The notes beneath the pieces are model-generated. The model saw only the letters and a list, made by a program, of their open reading frames with translations. It was not told where the DNA came from and did no database searches. Both the position numbers and the translations under genes were made by a program. From Nitratidesulfovibrio vulgaris str. Hildenborough (GTDB lineage: Bacteria; Desulfobacterota; Desulfovibrionia; Desulfovibrionales; Desulfovibrionaceae), in the NCBI RefSeq assembly GCF_000195755.1, contig NC_002937.3:510001-542000 (forward strand): a stretch of DNA of 32,000 nt, in the 5' to 3' direction. Shown piece after piece: positions 1 to 8,939 of this stretch; positions within the stretch are counted from its first letter, which is position 1, and every line of letters begins with the position of its first letter.

Positions 1-3000
1 GGCCGAGTCCCAGTCCGCTGTGACGGCGTGTGTAAGAGCCGTCCAGTTGGGTGAAGGGCTGGAAGATGCTCTCGATTCTGTCTTCGGGGATGCCGGGACC
101 GGTGTCGCGTACGGTACAGAACAGGACGATGGCGTCGCCGCGCATGGAGGCTGTGGAAAACTCCACACGTACGCCACCCTTCTCCGTGAACTTGACCGCG
201 TTGCCGACAAGGTTGAACAGCGTCTGCCGCAAGCGCAGAGGGTCTGTCCGAACGTAGGTGGGGGTACCGGGGGCAATGGTCGTCTCCAGCGTGATGCCCT
301 TGCCTGTGGCGTCGAGGCTGAAGGTGGAGAACACCTCGTCCACCAGTTCCCTTATGTCGCAGGGGATGGCTTCGATGACAAGCTTGCCCGCCTCGATGCG
401 GGAAAGGTCGAGGATGTCGCTGAGCAGTCGCACGAGGTTCTGCCCGGAACGGATGGCGGTGGTCACATACTGCCTCTGTTCGGGAGAGAGGGACGACAGT
501 TCGAGCAGTTGTAACATGCCCAGCGCTCCGTTGAGCGGAGTGCGCAATTCGTGGCTGACGTTGGCAAGGAACTCGCTTTTGGTACGATTTGCCTCTTCGG
601 CGCGTTTGCTCGCCTCGCACATGGATTCCAGCGCGTTGACCGCATCGGTGATGTCATAGCAGTAGCCGATGAAACCGGAGAAGGTGCCGTCGAGGTCGGG
701 AAGGGGCTTGCCGCAGTCGACGAGCCAGCGGAATTGACCGTCGTGCCGCTTCAGGCGGTAGTTCATCTCGAATGCCTGCTGGAGTGCGAAGGCTTTCTGA
801 TAGATGCTGACGCAACGGTCGTAATCGTCGGGGTGCACTCCCCCGGCCCAGCCGTAGCCATACTCCTGTTCCATGGTCCGGCCCGTGAAGTCGAGCCATG
901 TGGTGTTGAACCAGTCGCATGCACCAGTGGTGTCGCTACGCCAGATGAGCATGGGGGCGTGGTCGAGGATGCGCAGATACCTGTCGGCGGCATTATGCAT
1001 GCGCGTCGCGTCGTATCGTCGTTCCGTGGCGTCCACGGCAACGCCGTACCATTCCGTGCCGCCCCCCCGTGCCGGAGTGGAGGTGGCCTGTACATGAACC
1101 CATTTTGTACCGCCTGTGCAATGCAGGGGGATTTCGACATCCACAGGCGTCCCTTCCCCGTCTGTCGCAGAGATGCCCGCAAGGATATGTGGCACGACAT
1201 CCGGGCCGAACAAGGCGACCAGCGCGTGCGGGTCGGCTTTGATCTCTTCCTGCGACAGCCCGCACAACTCGACCGTTCCGCCGCCGACGTACTCGACCCT
1301 GATGTTACCATCATGCGGGGCGCACAACTTGAACACCACGCCGGGAACGTTACGCGAGACCTCGTCAAGAGAACGTGCCTCCTGCCGCATGGCTTCGGCA
1401 TGTTTGACGTGGGTGATGTCCATGAAGGTGAGCAGCATATGCTCTGTCGCCCCTGTCTCATCACGGACGGCATGGATGCGTTGCTGGCACCACCTGCCAT
1501 CCGTGAGGCGTGCCTCGCTGTCGTGTGTTCCCCCTTCACTGAGGCCAAGAGCCAGCGATTTGAAGAGATTGTCAGGTTCCGCAAGGCACGAGGCGATCTG
1601 TTGCAGCGGCCTTCCCACATCGTGGGGTTGCAGGTGGAAGATTGCAGACATGCCCGCATTGAAACGCCGCACCCGTAGCGATTCGTCCAGCGAGGCGATG
1701 GCGATGGGAATCGTGTCGAAGAGTTGAGCGTAGTCTTCTCCAAGAATGCGTAGCTGGTCGTTCTTGCGCTCGAATTCGGCGTTGACGGTGTAGAGTTCCT
1801 CATTGATGGAATGAAGCTCTTCGTTCGTCGCCTGCAGTTCTTCATTGGCCGAGAGCAGTTCCTCGTTGGTGGCCTGCAATTCCTCGTTGGTGACGTGCAC
1901 CTGTTCGATACTGTCACGCAGGCTCGAACGTGTCTCGGCAAGTTCCGCTTCGAGTTCGGCGACCCGTGACGCCAGCAGTCCTGTGCCGTGCCCCGTCGCT
2001 GCGGGTTCGACAAGAGGCCGGATGAGCACAGGGTGCGATGACTGGAGCGCCACGTGGTAGTGCTTCCCGTCGGATGGCTTGTTACCGATGGGCATGACCT
2101 CGACATCCACGAGGCGGTCCCCGCCATTGCCCGGTACGCGGATGCTCTTGAAGCGGGCGGTCTCCCCGGTCGTAGAAGCCCGTTGCAGCGCGGAGGAGAG
2201 GGCAAGGCGCAAGTCGCCCTCGACCATGTCGGTGATGGGGCGGTCGGTGCGCCCGGTATGCTGCGTGAGATATGAGGCCCCGTTGCCGAAGAAATGCAGC
2301 ACGGCGAAACGGTCGTCCACAAGCATGCCGTCCGGGGCGAAACGTTGCAGAAGCGCGTCGTAGTCGCGCAGCAGTTGTCGTTCAGAGGGTTGTGGCGAGG
2401 ATGTGGCCAGACGGTGCGCGTCGATGACAGCCGGGTGCACCAGATGGGTTGCCGTCATGCCGAGGGTGTCGGGACGTTTCGTGAAGATGCGTAACCGCGG
2501 GTCGAGAGGTTCGAAGATGGGATGCAAGCGTCCTGTGGTCTCGCTCGCTCCCATGAACAGGACACCGCCGGGGCGCAGGGCCATATGCAACCGGGCGATG
2601 GCCCTCTCCTGTGCATCCACCCCGAAATAGATGAGGAGGTTTCTGCAACTGACGAGGTCGACACGGGTGAAGGGCGGGTCGGCGAGGATGTTGTGCTGCG
2701 TGAACAGCACCAGAGACCGCAACTCCGGGGCGACCCTGTAGGTCTCATCACCTTCGGGAATGAAGAATCGTTGCAGCCGTCGGGGTGAGAGGGCCTGCAG
2801 GCTGTCTTTCGTGTAGACCCCTGCCGAGGCGCGGTCGAGGGAGTGCCTGTGGACGTCGGTCGCGAAGATGGAGATGCGCCCCGTGAAATCGAACTGCGGG
2901 GCGGCTTCCAGCAACAGCATCCCGAGGGAATAGGCCTCTTCGCCGCTGGCGCATCCGGCGACCCACAGCCGGATTTCACCCCGGTCGCCCTGTTTCCTGA

Positions 3001-4033
3001 AAAGTTCCGGTATGACTGTGGCGGCGAGTGTGTCGAAGGCGGTTTCATCCCGGAAGAAGGTCGTCACCCCGATGAGCAGGTCGCGGAACAGGGTCTGCAC
3101 CGCTTGCGGGTCGTCACGAAGGTGCCGGGCATAACCTTCGATGTCGGCATGTTGTTCAAGCCGGATGCGGCGCATGATGCGCCGTGCGATGGTGGCCGGT
3201 TTGTAGTCGCGAAAGTCGAGCCCGCCATGGCGTTGCAGCAGCGTGAAGATGGTCTGCAGCGCGTCGGGGGCAGGGCCTCCGGAGGCGGGGTCGGCAGGCA
3301 GGCCGGGATGTTCGAACGGAAGTGGCGAGCCCGATATGAAGGCGGCGAGTATGTCCGGCATTTCGTCTGGAGTGGCAAGCACGGCAGCCCGGCAGGCCGC
3401 GGCTGCTGCTTTGGGCATGCCATCGAAAGCCGCGCTTTCGGGGAGTTGGACGAGAACCAGACCTCCGGCGGCGGAGATGGCCTCCAGCCCCGACGCCCCG
3501 TCGGTGCCGGTGCCGGAAAGGACGACCCCTGCGGCGTTCTCTCCATACCATGCGGCGAGGGAGGCGAAGAAGGTGTTGATGGGCATGGAGGGGCGGTTGT
3601 CATATGAAGACTTGTCGCGCAGGATGAAACCGTCCAGCGTTATCTCCATCTCCTTGCCGGGCGGCAACAGGTAGATGTGGTCGGGTGCCGGGCACATGCC
3701 ATCCTGCACAACGACGATGGTCATGACAGTCTGGCGGGCCAGCAGTTCATCCATGAAGCTTGGGAAATCGGGTGACAGATGCTGGATGACCACGAACGCG
3801 GCCCCGGTGGTGGTGGGCATATGCCTGAAGAGGCCCTCAAGGGCTTCCAATCCCCCCGCAGAGGCGCCTATGCCGACGACAAGGGGAAGATGCACGGCAT
3901 CATGTGTGGTGGGGTGGTGCCCGGCACGCCCCTTCGCGGCGCGATGGCTGTCGACCTGCCGAGGCACGGCATTCTCTTCCGGCAACGTGCCGGAAGGCGC
4001 TGTTGGGGGAATGTCGAGACGGGGTGCAGCCAT
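1..4033 (-). CDS. Multidomain sensor: CheB-like methylesterase + CheR-like methyltransferase + coiled coil + PAS-like repeats + HisKA/HATPase histidine kinase. The 3' end is truncated by the window edge.
   Basis: The minus-strand frame in phase with 4033 is the only frame with no ORF listed in the track across 1-4033, consistent with one ORF open to the window edge. My translation starts at ATG (complement of 4031-4033), with GGAGG 7 nt upstream: MAAPRLDIPPTAPSG. Motifs read: CheB-type PLVVGIGASAGGLEA (~3845-3885); CheR-type GEIRLWVAGCASGEEAYSLGMLLLE (~2900-2980); coiled coil VTNEELQATNEELLSANEELQATNEELHSIN (~1805-1900); H-box KSEFLANVSHELR (~545-585); G-box PFTQLDGSYTRRHSGLGLG (1-58). Confidence 0.85.
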   Translation of the reverse strand, partial: MAAPRLDIPPTAPSGTLPEENAVPRQVDSHRAAKGRAGHHPTTHDAVHLPLVVGIGASAGGLEALEGLFRHMPTTTGAAFVVIQHLSPDFPSFMDELLARQTVMTIVVVQDGMCPAPDHIYLLPPGKEMEITLDGFILRDKSSYDNRPSMPINTFFASLAAWYGENAAGVVLSGTGTDGASGLEAISAAGGLVLVQLPESAAFDGMPKAAAAACRAAVLATPDEMPDILAAFISGSPLPFEHPGLPADPASGGPAPDALQTIFTLLQRHGGLDFRDYKPATIARRIMRRIRLEQHADIEGYARHLRDDPQAVQTLFRDLLIGVTTFFRDETAFDTLAATVIPELFRKQGDRGEIRLWVAGCASGEEAYSLGMLLLEAAPQFDFTGRISIFATDVHRHSLDRASAGVYTKDSLQALSPRRLQRFFIPEGDETYRVAPELRSLVLFTQHNILADPPFTRVDLVSCRNLLIYFGVDAQERAIARLHMALRPGGVLFMGASETTGRLHPIFEPLDPRLRIFTKRPDTLGMTATHLVHPAVIDAHRLATSSPQPSERQLLRDYDALLQRFAPDGMLVDDRFAVLHFFGNGASYLTQHTGRTDRPITDMVEGDLRLALSSALQRASTTGETARFKSIRVPGNGGDRLVDVEVMPIGNKPSDGKHYHVALQSSHPVLIRPLVEPAATGHGTGLLASRVAELEAELAETRSSLRDSIEQVHVTNEELQATNEELLSANEELQATNEELHSINEELYTVNAEFERKNDQLRILGEDYAQLFDTIPIAIASLDESLRVRRFNAGMSAIFHLQPHDVGRPLQQIASCLAEPDNLFKSLALGLSEGGTHDSEARLTDGRWCQQRIHAVRDETGATEHMLLTFMDITHVKHAEAMRQEARSLDEVSRNVPGVVFKLCAPHDGNIRVEYVGGGTVELCGLSQEEIKADPHALVALFGPDVVPHILAGISATDGEGTPVDVEIPLHCTGGTKWVHVQATSTPARGGGTEWYGVAVDATERRYDATRMHNAADRYLRILDHAPMLIWRSDTTGACDWFNTTWLDFTGRTMEQEYGYGWAGGVHPDDYDRCVSIYQKAFALQQAFEMNYRLKRHDGQFRWLVDCGKPLPDLDGTFSGFIGYCYDITDAVNALESMCEASKRAEEANRTKSEFLANVSHELRTPLNGALGMLQLLELSSLSPEQRQYVTTAIRSGQNLVRLLSDILDLSRIEAGKLVIEAIPCDIRELVDEVFSTFSLDATGKGITLETTIAPGTPTYVRTDPLRLRQTLFNLVGNAVKFTEKGGVRVEFSTASMRGDAIVLFCTVRDTGPGIPEDRIESIFQPFTQLDGSYTRRHSGLGLG

Positions 4034-4198
4034 GAAAGGCCTCCGGTCGCATAGGTTGCGGCACAGAGACCAGACTAGCATGGAAGGAGGCTTGTATATC
4101 GCCGGACGGAAATTAATCATCGGCTCGGCGAAGTGCCGGACAGCCGATGCGTATCGACTGAAACGGGCTGTAACGAGGTAGGCAGAGCCTGTCGGCAT

Positions 4199-4238
4199 AC
4201 AAAACAGGAAAAGGGTCGCAACATGTGTTGCGACCCTT
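4199..4238 (-). terminator. Intrinsic terminator downstream of tRNA-Leu
   Basis: Perfect 12-bp inverted repeat AAGGGTCGCAAC (4211-4222) / GTTGCGACCCTT (4227-4238) with a 4-nt loop. On the minus strand it is followed by TTTTCCTGTTTT (complement of 4201-4212). Confidence 0.6.
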
Positions 4239-4246
4239 GCTTCCGA

Positions 4247-4335
4247 TGGTGCCGAAGGGGAGACTCGAACTCCCACTGGGGAACCCCAACTAGACCCTGA
4301 ACCTAGCGTGTCTACCAATTCCACCACTTCGGCGC
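4247..4335 (-). tRNA. tRNA-Leu (anticodon CAG), class II with long variable arm, encoded CCA
   Basis: The reverse complement reads GCGCCGAAGTGGTGGAATTGGTAGACACGCTAGGTTCAGGGTCTAGTTGGGGTTCCCCAGTGGGAGTTCGAGTCTCCCCTTCGGCACCA (89 nt). The acceptor stem GCGCCGA/TCGGC(A)C pairs. The anticodon stem is CTAGG/TCTAG with loop TTCAGGG (anticodon CAG). It has a GTTCGAGTC T-loop and a long extra arm typical of tRNA-Leu. Confidence 0.9.
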
Positions 4336-4343
4336 GAGGGGGA

Positions 4344-4372
4344 CGTATAGCCTGACATGGCATCGGGTGCAA
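4344..4372 (-). promoter_or_regulatory. Candidate sigma70-type promoter for tRNA-Leu
   Basis: On the minus strand: TTGCAC (complement of 4367-4372), a 17-nt spacer, then TATACG (complement of 4344-4349). The -10 element ends 8 nt before the mature tRNA 5' end. Confidence 0.35.
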
Positions 4373-4815
4373 GCGAAAAATGCGGCCTTGCCAAAAGAGC
4401 GGTGTCGCGGATGCCGGCAAGGGGCGTGAACGGCAGAGGCTACCCGCGCCATGGGCGTGGCCCCGTGTGCATCGGCAAAGGGGCGGTTGGCCTTGCCTGA
4501 AGTTCCCTGATGGCTTCACGGTGTACGGTGGACAGGATATCTCTCGCCGGAGACTCTGCCGCCCTGGGCTGCGGAGTCCTGCTGCCTGAAGCCTTCGGGG
4601 GCGGAAGCTGCAAGGATGTCGCAACGTCCAGTCCGGACCCCTCGCCCCGTAAGGGACATCCTCTGACAGGTATGCAAGATGTGCTGCCGGGAGAGGAGGC
4701 ACATGCATGGTCGTATGCCTTGAAGGCGCAAGCTTGAACCGCAGGGCCGTTTGGGGTAGCAAGAAAAGCCCGCACGGCCCGCCTGCGGGCGACGTCCCAC
4801 GCATACAGGAACCAC

Positions 4816-5760
4816 ATGGAAATCGCGCGCGAACTGCAAGAGATAACCCTCGACCTTTCACGGGGGACATGCGTCACCATCGGCAACTTCGACGGTGTCC
4901 ATCAGGGACACCGCAAGCTCATAGGCCGCACCCGACAGAAGGCTGCCCTGCGCGGCATGCCCTCGGTGGTGGTGACGTTCTGCCCGCATCCCCTCCGGGT
5001 TCTGGTCGGCCCGCATACGCCGCCGCTCATCACCGACTACGACAAGAAGCTAGACCTGCTTGAAGGACTCGGTGTCGACCTCGCGCTCATGCTGCGTTTC
5101 ACACGCGAACTCGCCGCCCTTGAGCCGGAGGACTTCGTCCGTACCGTGCTCGTCGAAGGGCTCAACGTCCGCGAACTGGTAGTGGGCTATGACTTCTCGC
5201 TCGGCAAGGGGCGCAAGGGCAACGCCGAAGTGCTGGCGCAGCTGGGCGCCCGCTACGGCTTCGAGGTCGAACAACTCGACCCTGTCATCGTCAACGACGC
5301 GGTGGTCAGTTCGACGCGTATCCGTGACCTCATCCGCGCCGGAGAGGTATGGGAGGTACGCCCCCTGCTGGACAGGTTCTACGTGGTGCGCGGCAAGGTC
5401 GTGCACGGCATGGGGCGCGGTGGCAGGCTGCTTGGCTTTCCCACCGCCAACATCGAACCGCGTGACGAACTCCTGCCCATGCCCGGCGTCTACGCCACGT
5501 GGGTGAACGTCGATGGCGCGTTGCACAGGGGGGTGACCAGCATCGGGCACAACCCCACCTTCGGCGACGAACGCCTCTCGGTCGAGACGCACATCCTCGA
5601 TTTCGACCGCGACATCTACGGCTGGGACATCAGCGTCGCCTTCGTGCAGCGCCTGCGCGAACCCAAGCGTTTTTCCGGCCCCGAAGAACTCGTGGCGCAC
5701 ATCCGCCACGACGTGAGCCTTGCACGGCAGATTCTCGACGCGCCAGAGGCGAGGCTGTAG
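4816..5760 (+). CDS. ribF: Bifunctional riboflavin kinase / FMN adenylyltransferase
   Basis: 314-aa ORF. N-terminal nucleotidyltransferase motif TIGNFDGVHQGHRKLI. C-terminal riboflavin kinase region GRGGRLLGFPTANI ... THILDFDRDIYG. AGGAA lies 4-5 nt before the ATG. Confidence 0.9.
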   Translation: MEIARELQEITLDLSRGTCVTIGNFDGVHQGHRKLIGRTRQKAALRGMPSVVVTFCPHPLRVLVGPHTPPLITDYDKKLDLLEGLGVDLALMLRFTRELAALEPEDFVRTVLVEGLNVRELVVGYDFSLGKGRKGNAEVLAQLGARYGFEVEQLDPVIVNDAVVSSTRIRDLIRAGEVWEVRPLLDRFYVVRGKVVHGMGRGGRLLGFPTANIEPRDELLPMPGVYATWVNVDGALHRGVTSIGHNPTFGDERLSVETHILDFDRDIYGWDISVAFVQRLREPKRFSGPEELVAHIRHDVSLARQILDAPEARL

Positions 5761-5764
5761 GCCC

Positions 5765-7576
5765 GTGTTACGCATCCTGGCCACCCCATGGCGCGAATTC
5801 GCGCGCCTGTATTCCTCGGTGGCCTTCGTGCGCCTTGCGGTACTCGGCATCGGCCTTGGCGTGGTGTCGGGGTGCGCGGCCATGCTCTTCTTCCTAGGCA
5901 TCGAGTACGCCAAGCATCTCATCCTCGTTGCATGGGCCGGTCTTTCGTTGCCAGCCCCCGCGGGCGAGGGGCTGTTCCATGACGCAGCGGCGGGCGGCGC
6001 GTATCGTCCGTGGGTCATTCCACTGGCCACCTGCGCCACGGGCCTTGTCACCGGCTGGCTGGTGCAGCGTTTCCTGCCGGACAGTCTCGCGGGCATGACG
6101 GACGGCACCGACGCCATGATTCGCGCCTTTCACAGGGGCAAGGGCGTCATCCGCAAGCGTGCCCCGTTCATCAAGGGGCTGACGTCCATCCTCACCATCG
6201 CATCCGGCGGTAGCGCCGGGCGCGAAGGGCCCATCTCGCAGATAGGCGCGGGGTTGGGGTCGTTCGTGGCCGACAGGCTGCACCTTTCCACCAAGGAACG
6301 GCGACTGCTCATGCTGGCGGGGGCCGCGGGCGGCCTCGGGGCCGTGTTCCGTGCGCCCCTCGGCGGTGCACTCACCGCGATAGAAGTGGTCTACCGCGAA
6401 GATTTCGAGGCAGAGGCCATGCTGCCCGCCATCCTCTCCTCGGTGGTGGCGTATACGCTCTTCGCCTACGTCTTCGGTACGGAACCCATGTTCGCCATCC
6501 CGCGATTCAGCTTCAGCGACATGCGCGAACTTCCGTTCTACCTCACCCTCGCGCTGGCATGTGCCTTCACCGGGTGGGCCTATGTGCGGACCTTCAGGTT
6601 CATGAAGTACGGCGTCTTCCTGCGCCTTGCCGAACGTGTCGGCATCATGTGGACGACGGCGCTGGGCGGCCTGCTGGTGGGCCTCTTCGGCATCATCTAC
6701 ACCCCCATGCTCTCCGACGGTTACGGCTGGGTGGAACAGGCCATTCTCGGGCATCTCACCGTCACCACCATGGTGACCATCATGGTCGCCAAGACGCTGG
6801 CAACCGCCATGACGCTGGGGTCGGGCATGAGCGGCGGCATGTTCGCGCCCGCCCTCTTCGTGGGCGGCATGACCGGGGGCGTCGTGGGCTATGCGGCGCA
6901 CGACCTCTTTCCGCACATCGTGCGTGAACCGGGCGGGTATGTGCTTGTGGGCATGGCGGCGTTCTTCGCGGGCGTGGCCCATGCCCCCGTGGGGCCGCTC
7001 ATCATGGTGTGCGAACTGACGCAGGGCTACGGCCTGTTGGCCCCGCTGATGCTGGCTTCAGCCGTGTGCATCCTGCTCAATCGCAAGGTGTCGCTGTATG
7101 AGAACCAGGTCGAGAACAAGTTCGAATCGCCCGCCCATGCCAGCGACGCCACGGTGAACCTTCTGGAGGGACTCACCGTGCGCGAGTGCTTCCACCGTGG
7201 CAGGGTGCCGACCCTCGAAGAGGGCACCACGCTGAAGGCCCTCACCGACGTCATCGCAGGTACGAGCGTGTTCACCTTCCCGGTGCGCGACGCCTCGGGA
7301 GCGCTGTCGGGCATTCTCGCCGTGCAGGACGTGCGCGCCCTGCTGTACGAGGAGAGTCTGTTCGACCTCGTGGTGGTGCGCGACCTCATGCGGCCGCTGC
7401 TGACGCTGGCCGAGAGTGACGACCTTTACGCGGCGCTGCTGCGCTTCGTGGACACCGACCTCAGCCATATCATCGTCGTCGATGATGACGACCGCGAGAA
7501 GGTGCTGGGGCTGCTGTACCGCGCCGACCTCTTCAAGGCCTACAGCGACGCGTTGCGTATCGCCCGCGAGGATTAG
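5765..7576 (+). CDS. ClC-family voltage-gated chloride channel/antiporter with a C-terminal CBS domain pair
   Basis: ClC signatures GSAGREGP, GAVFRAPLGG and GSGMSGGMFAP in a multi-TM protein. The C-terminal ~140 aa resemble tandem CBS domains. I prefer the GTG at 5765, directly after the ribF stop, over the track start at 5720, which overlaps ribF by 41 nt. The start is not certain. Confidence 0.85.
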   Translation: MLRILATPWREFARLYSSVAFVRLAVLGIGLGVVSGCAAMLFFLGIEYAKHLILVAWAGLSLPAPAGEGLFHDAAAGGAYRPWVIPLATCATGLVTGWLVQRFLPDSLAGMTDGTDAMIRAFHRGKGVIRKRAPFIKGLTSILTIASGGSAGREGPISQIGAGLGSFVADRLHLSTKERRLLMLAGAAGGLGAVFRAPLGGALTAIEVVYREDFEAEAMLPAILSSVVAYTLFAYVFGTEPMFAIPRFSFSDMRELPFYLTLALACAFTGWAYVRTFRFMKYGVFLRLAERVGIMWTTALGGLLVGLFGIIYTPMLSDGYGWVEQAILGHLTVTTMVTIMVAKTLATAMTLGSGMSGGMFAPALFVGGMTGGVVGYAAHDLFPHIVREPGGYVLVGMAAFFAGVAHAPVGPLIMVCELTQGYGLLAPLMLASAVCILLNRKVSLYENQVENKFESPAHASDATVNLLEGLTVRECFHRGRVPTLEEGTTLKALTDVIAGTSVFTFPVRDASGALSGILAVQDVRALLYEESLFDLVVVRDLMRPLLTLAESDDLYAALLRFVDTDLSHIIVVDDDDREKVLGLLYRADLFKAYSDALRIARED

Positions 7577-7715
7577 CCGCCACTGCGGGCGGCAGGCGAG
7601 AGCTTCCGCCCTTGTCACTCACTGCGGGAGAACCTGCCCCGGCGGGGCTGACTGCCCGTTGCGCGCCATGTCGCCTCTCCCCGCTGTCTTCTCCCCGTCT
7701 CTTTGTCCGCCTCCC

Positions 7716-8939
7716 TCATTTCATGCCGCGTGCGTTGCAGGCCAGCCACGGGCAGAAACGCAGGGCATCCGCCGTGAGCGTGGTCGTCTCGCCTTCGCCT
7801 TCGTACAGGATGAGCGGAGGTTCCACGACAAGGCCGGGTCTTGCCCCGCGCATCGCCTCCACCAGAACGAGAACGGCTGGCCCGGTAACGCGGCTGTGGA
7901 CGCAACGCAGCCGTTTCGCCTCAAGTCCGGCGTCGGCGAGTGCGGTCAACAAGGCTGATAGACGTGCCGCGCCGTAGACGCATGCGAAGCGTCCGCGTGT
8001 CCGCAGAAGAAGGGCCGCAGCCCCGATGAAGGCTGCAAGCGTGCCCTTCGTCTCGAACAGGGCGGCGTTGCGCGCGGGCGTGGCGGCAGGACGTCCCGTG
8101 CCGGGAATGCGGTATGGCGGATTGGCGACCACGAGGTCGCACGTCCCCCGGAGGCGGGCGGCGAGACCATCCCTTTCGAGAGGCGCGTCGGCATCGTCCG
8201 CCGGTCGGCTTGCGGCCGTGTCATCGTCCGGGTGTGCGCCATGGCGCAGTGTGATGTTCCCCGCTTGCGCCGGTGCGCCGTGGGTGGGCGATGCGAGGCT
8301 GGCGCCTCCCGTGTCGCGGCGAGTGCTGTCACATGCGTGGGCATCGCAGGGGGGGCGGGCGCAAAGGCGGGTCAGGTCGGCATGGTGCACGGTGAAACGT
8401 GTGCTGAGACCAAGGCGGTGAGCATTGGCGCGGGCGGCGTTCACCAGTGCGGCATCCTGTTCGATGCCCACGCCGGAAAGCCGCGAAGACCCGAGAAGCA
8501 GCGCCAGCCCCACCACGCCGCATCCTGTGCCGAGGTCGGCGAAGCTGCGGGCGGCTGTGCCACCCGCGAAGGATGCAAGCAACAGGGCGTCGGCGCTGAA
8601 GCGAAAGCTGCCCGCAGGCTGGTGCAGCCCCCGTGGAAAACGGGCGCGGGCCGCGGCCTCGTCTGGGCCATCGTCCGTGTCCTTGTCTGCGGAAGCCGGG
8701 GGGGCACCCTCCGCATCTTTCGGAGACGCTGCGACTCTCGCTGGCGTTGCGGGAGCCTCGGTGGACGGCGCACCTGCTGCGTCCTCCACGGCGTTGTCAC
8801 TCGCGTTGCCGGAGGGTTGCAGAGGGGAGGGGACGACGATGGTTCCGGCAACGTTACCAGCATCATCGCCGGCGGCGTTGCCGGTGCCGGCCATGTCGCA
8901 GGGACGTCCGGCGGGCGTGGGGTTGGAGGTGTCGTGCAT
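7716..8939 (-). CDS. SAM-dependent N6-adenine methyltransferase (NPPY motif, TrmN6/YfiC-like) with low-complexity N-terminus and insertion. Start uncertain.
   Basis: Core motifs: FRFSADALLLASF, motif I DLGTGCGVVGLAL, motif IV CDLVVANPPY. A ~70-aa insertion rich in A/D/P/T/H separates motif I region and NPPY. The track ORF (to 9401) would overlap the divergent helicase start, so I chose the ATG at 8937-8939 (MHDTSNP...). The recognisable core only begins near 8650, so the true start may be anywhere in 8650-8939. Confidence 0.7.
   Translation of the reverse strand: MHDTSNPTPAGRPCDMAGTGNAAGDDAGNVAGTIVVPSPLQPSGNASDNAVEDAAGAPSTEAPATPARVAASPKDAEGAPPASADKDTDDGPDEAAARARFPRGLHQPAGSFRFSADALLLASFAGGTAARSFADLGTGCGVVGLALLLGSSRLSGVGIEQDAALVNAARANAHRLGLSTRFTVHHADLTRLCARPPCDAHACDSTRRDTGGASLASPTHGAPAQAGNITLRHGAHPDDDTAASRPADDADAPLERDGLAARLRGTCDLVVANPPYRIPGTGRPAATPARNAALFETKGTLAAFIGAAALLLRTRGRFACVYGAARLSALLTALADAGLEAKRLRCVHSRVTGPAVLVLVEAMRGARPGLVVEPPLILYEGEGETTTLTADALRFCPWLACNARGMK

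Noticed and set aside
763-2322. 519-aa minus-strand ORF
   Set aside because: It is in a different phase (2322 mod 3 = 0) from the real gene (4033 mod 3 = 1). Its translation is S/R/P/T-rich and featureless. It is an off-frame shadow of the sensor kinase gene.
20-4181. Plus-strand ORFs 20..514, 551..1678, 1116..1727, 2843..3607, 3243..3674, 3675..4181 and similar
   Set aside because: They lie antisense to the motif-rich minus-strand CheB-CheR-PAS-HK frame. Their translations are G/A/R/V/D-rich with no recognisable motifs, as expected for high-GC shadow ORFs.
4575-4650. SRP (4.5S) RNA-like motif GGAAGCTGCAAGG / GTCCGGAC
   Set aside because: The resemblance to the domain IV consensus (GGUCCGGAAGGAAGCAGCCAAGG) is only partial, and the elements are in the wrong order and spacing on either strand.
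4380-4886. ORFs 4380..4589 +, 4440..4886 -, 4516..4839 - and 4510..4737 + in the tRNA-ribF spacer
   Set aside because: Their R/P/G/A/C-rich translations match no family and have no ribosome-binding site I could see. One overlaps the well-supported ribF start.
5050-6982. Minus-strand ORFs 5050..6117 (355 aa) and 5894..6982 (362 aa)
   Set aside because: They are antisense to ribF and the ClC channel, both of which have clear motifs. The translations are R/H/G/E/A-rich shadows.
7576-7715. Hairpins GCCGCC-ACTGCG-GGCGGC (7576-7593) and GCCCCGGCGGGGC (~7634-7646) as terminators between the ClC and methyltransferase genes
   Set aside because: The stems are short, the second has an unfavourably small loop, and neither has a T-tract. 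The evidence is too weak to call.
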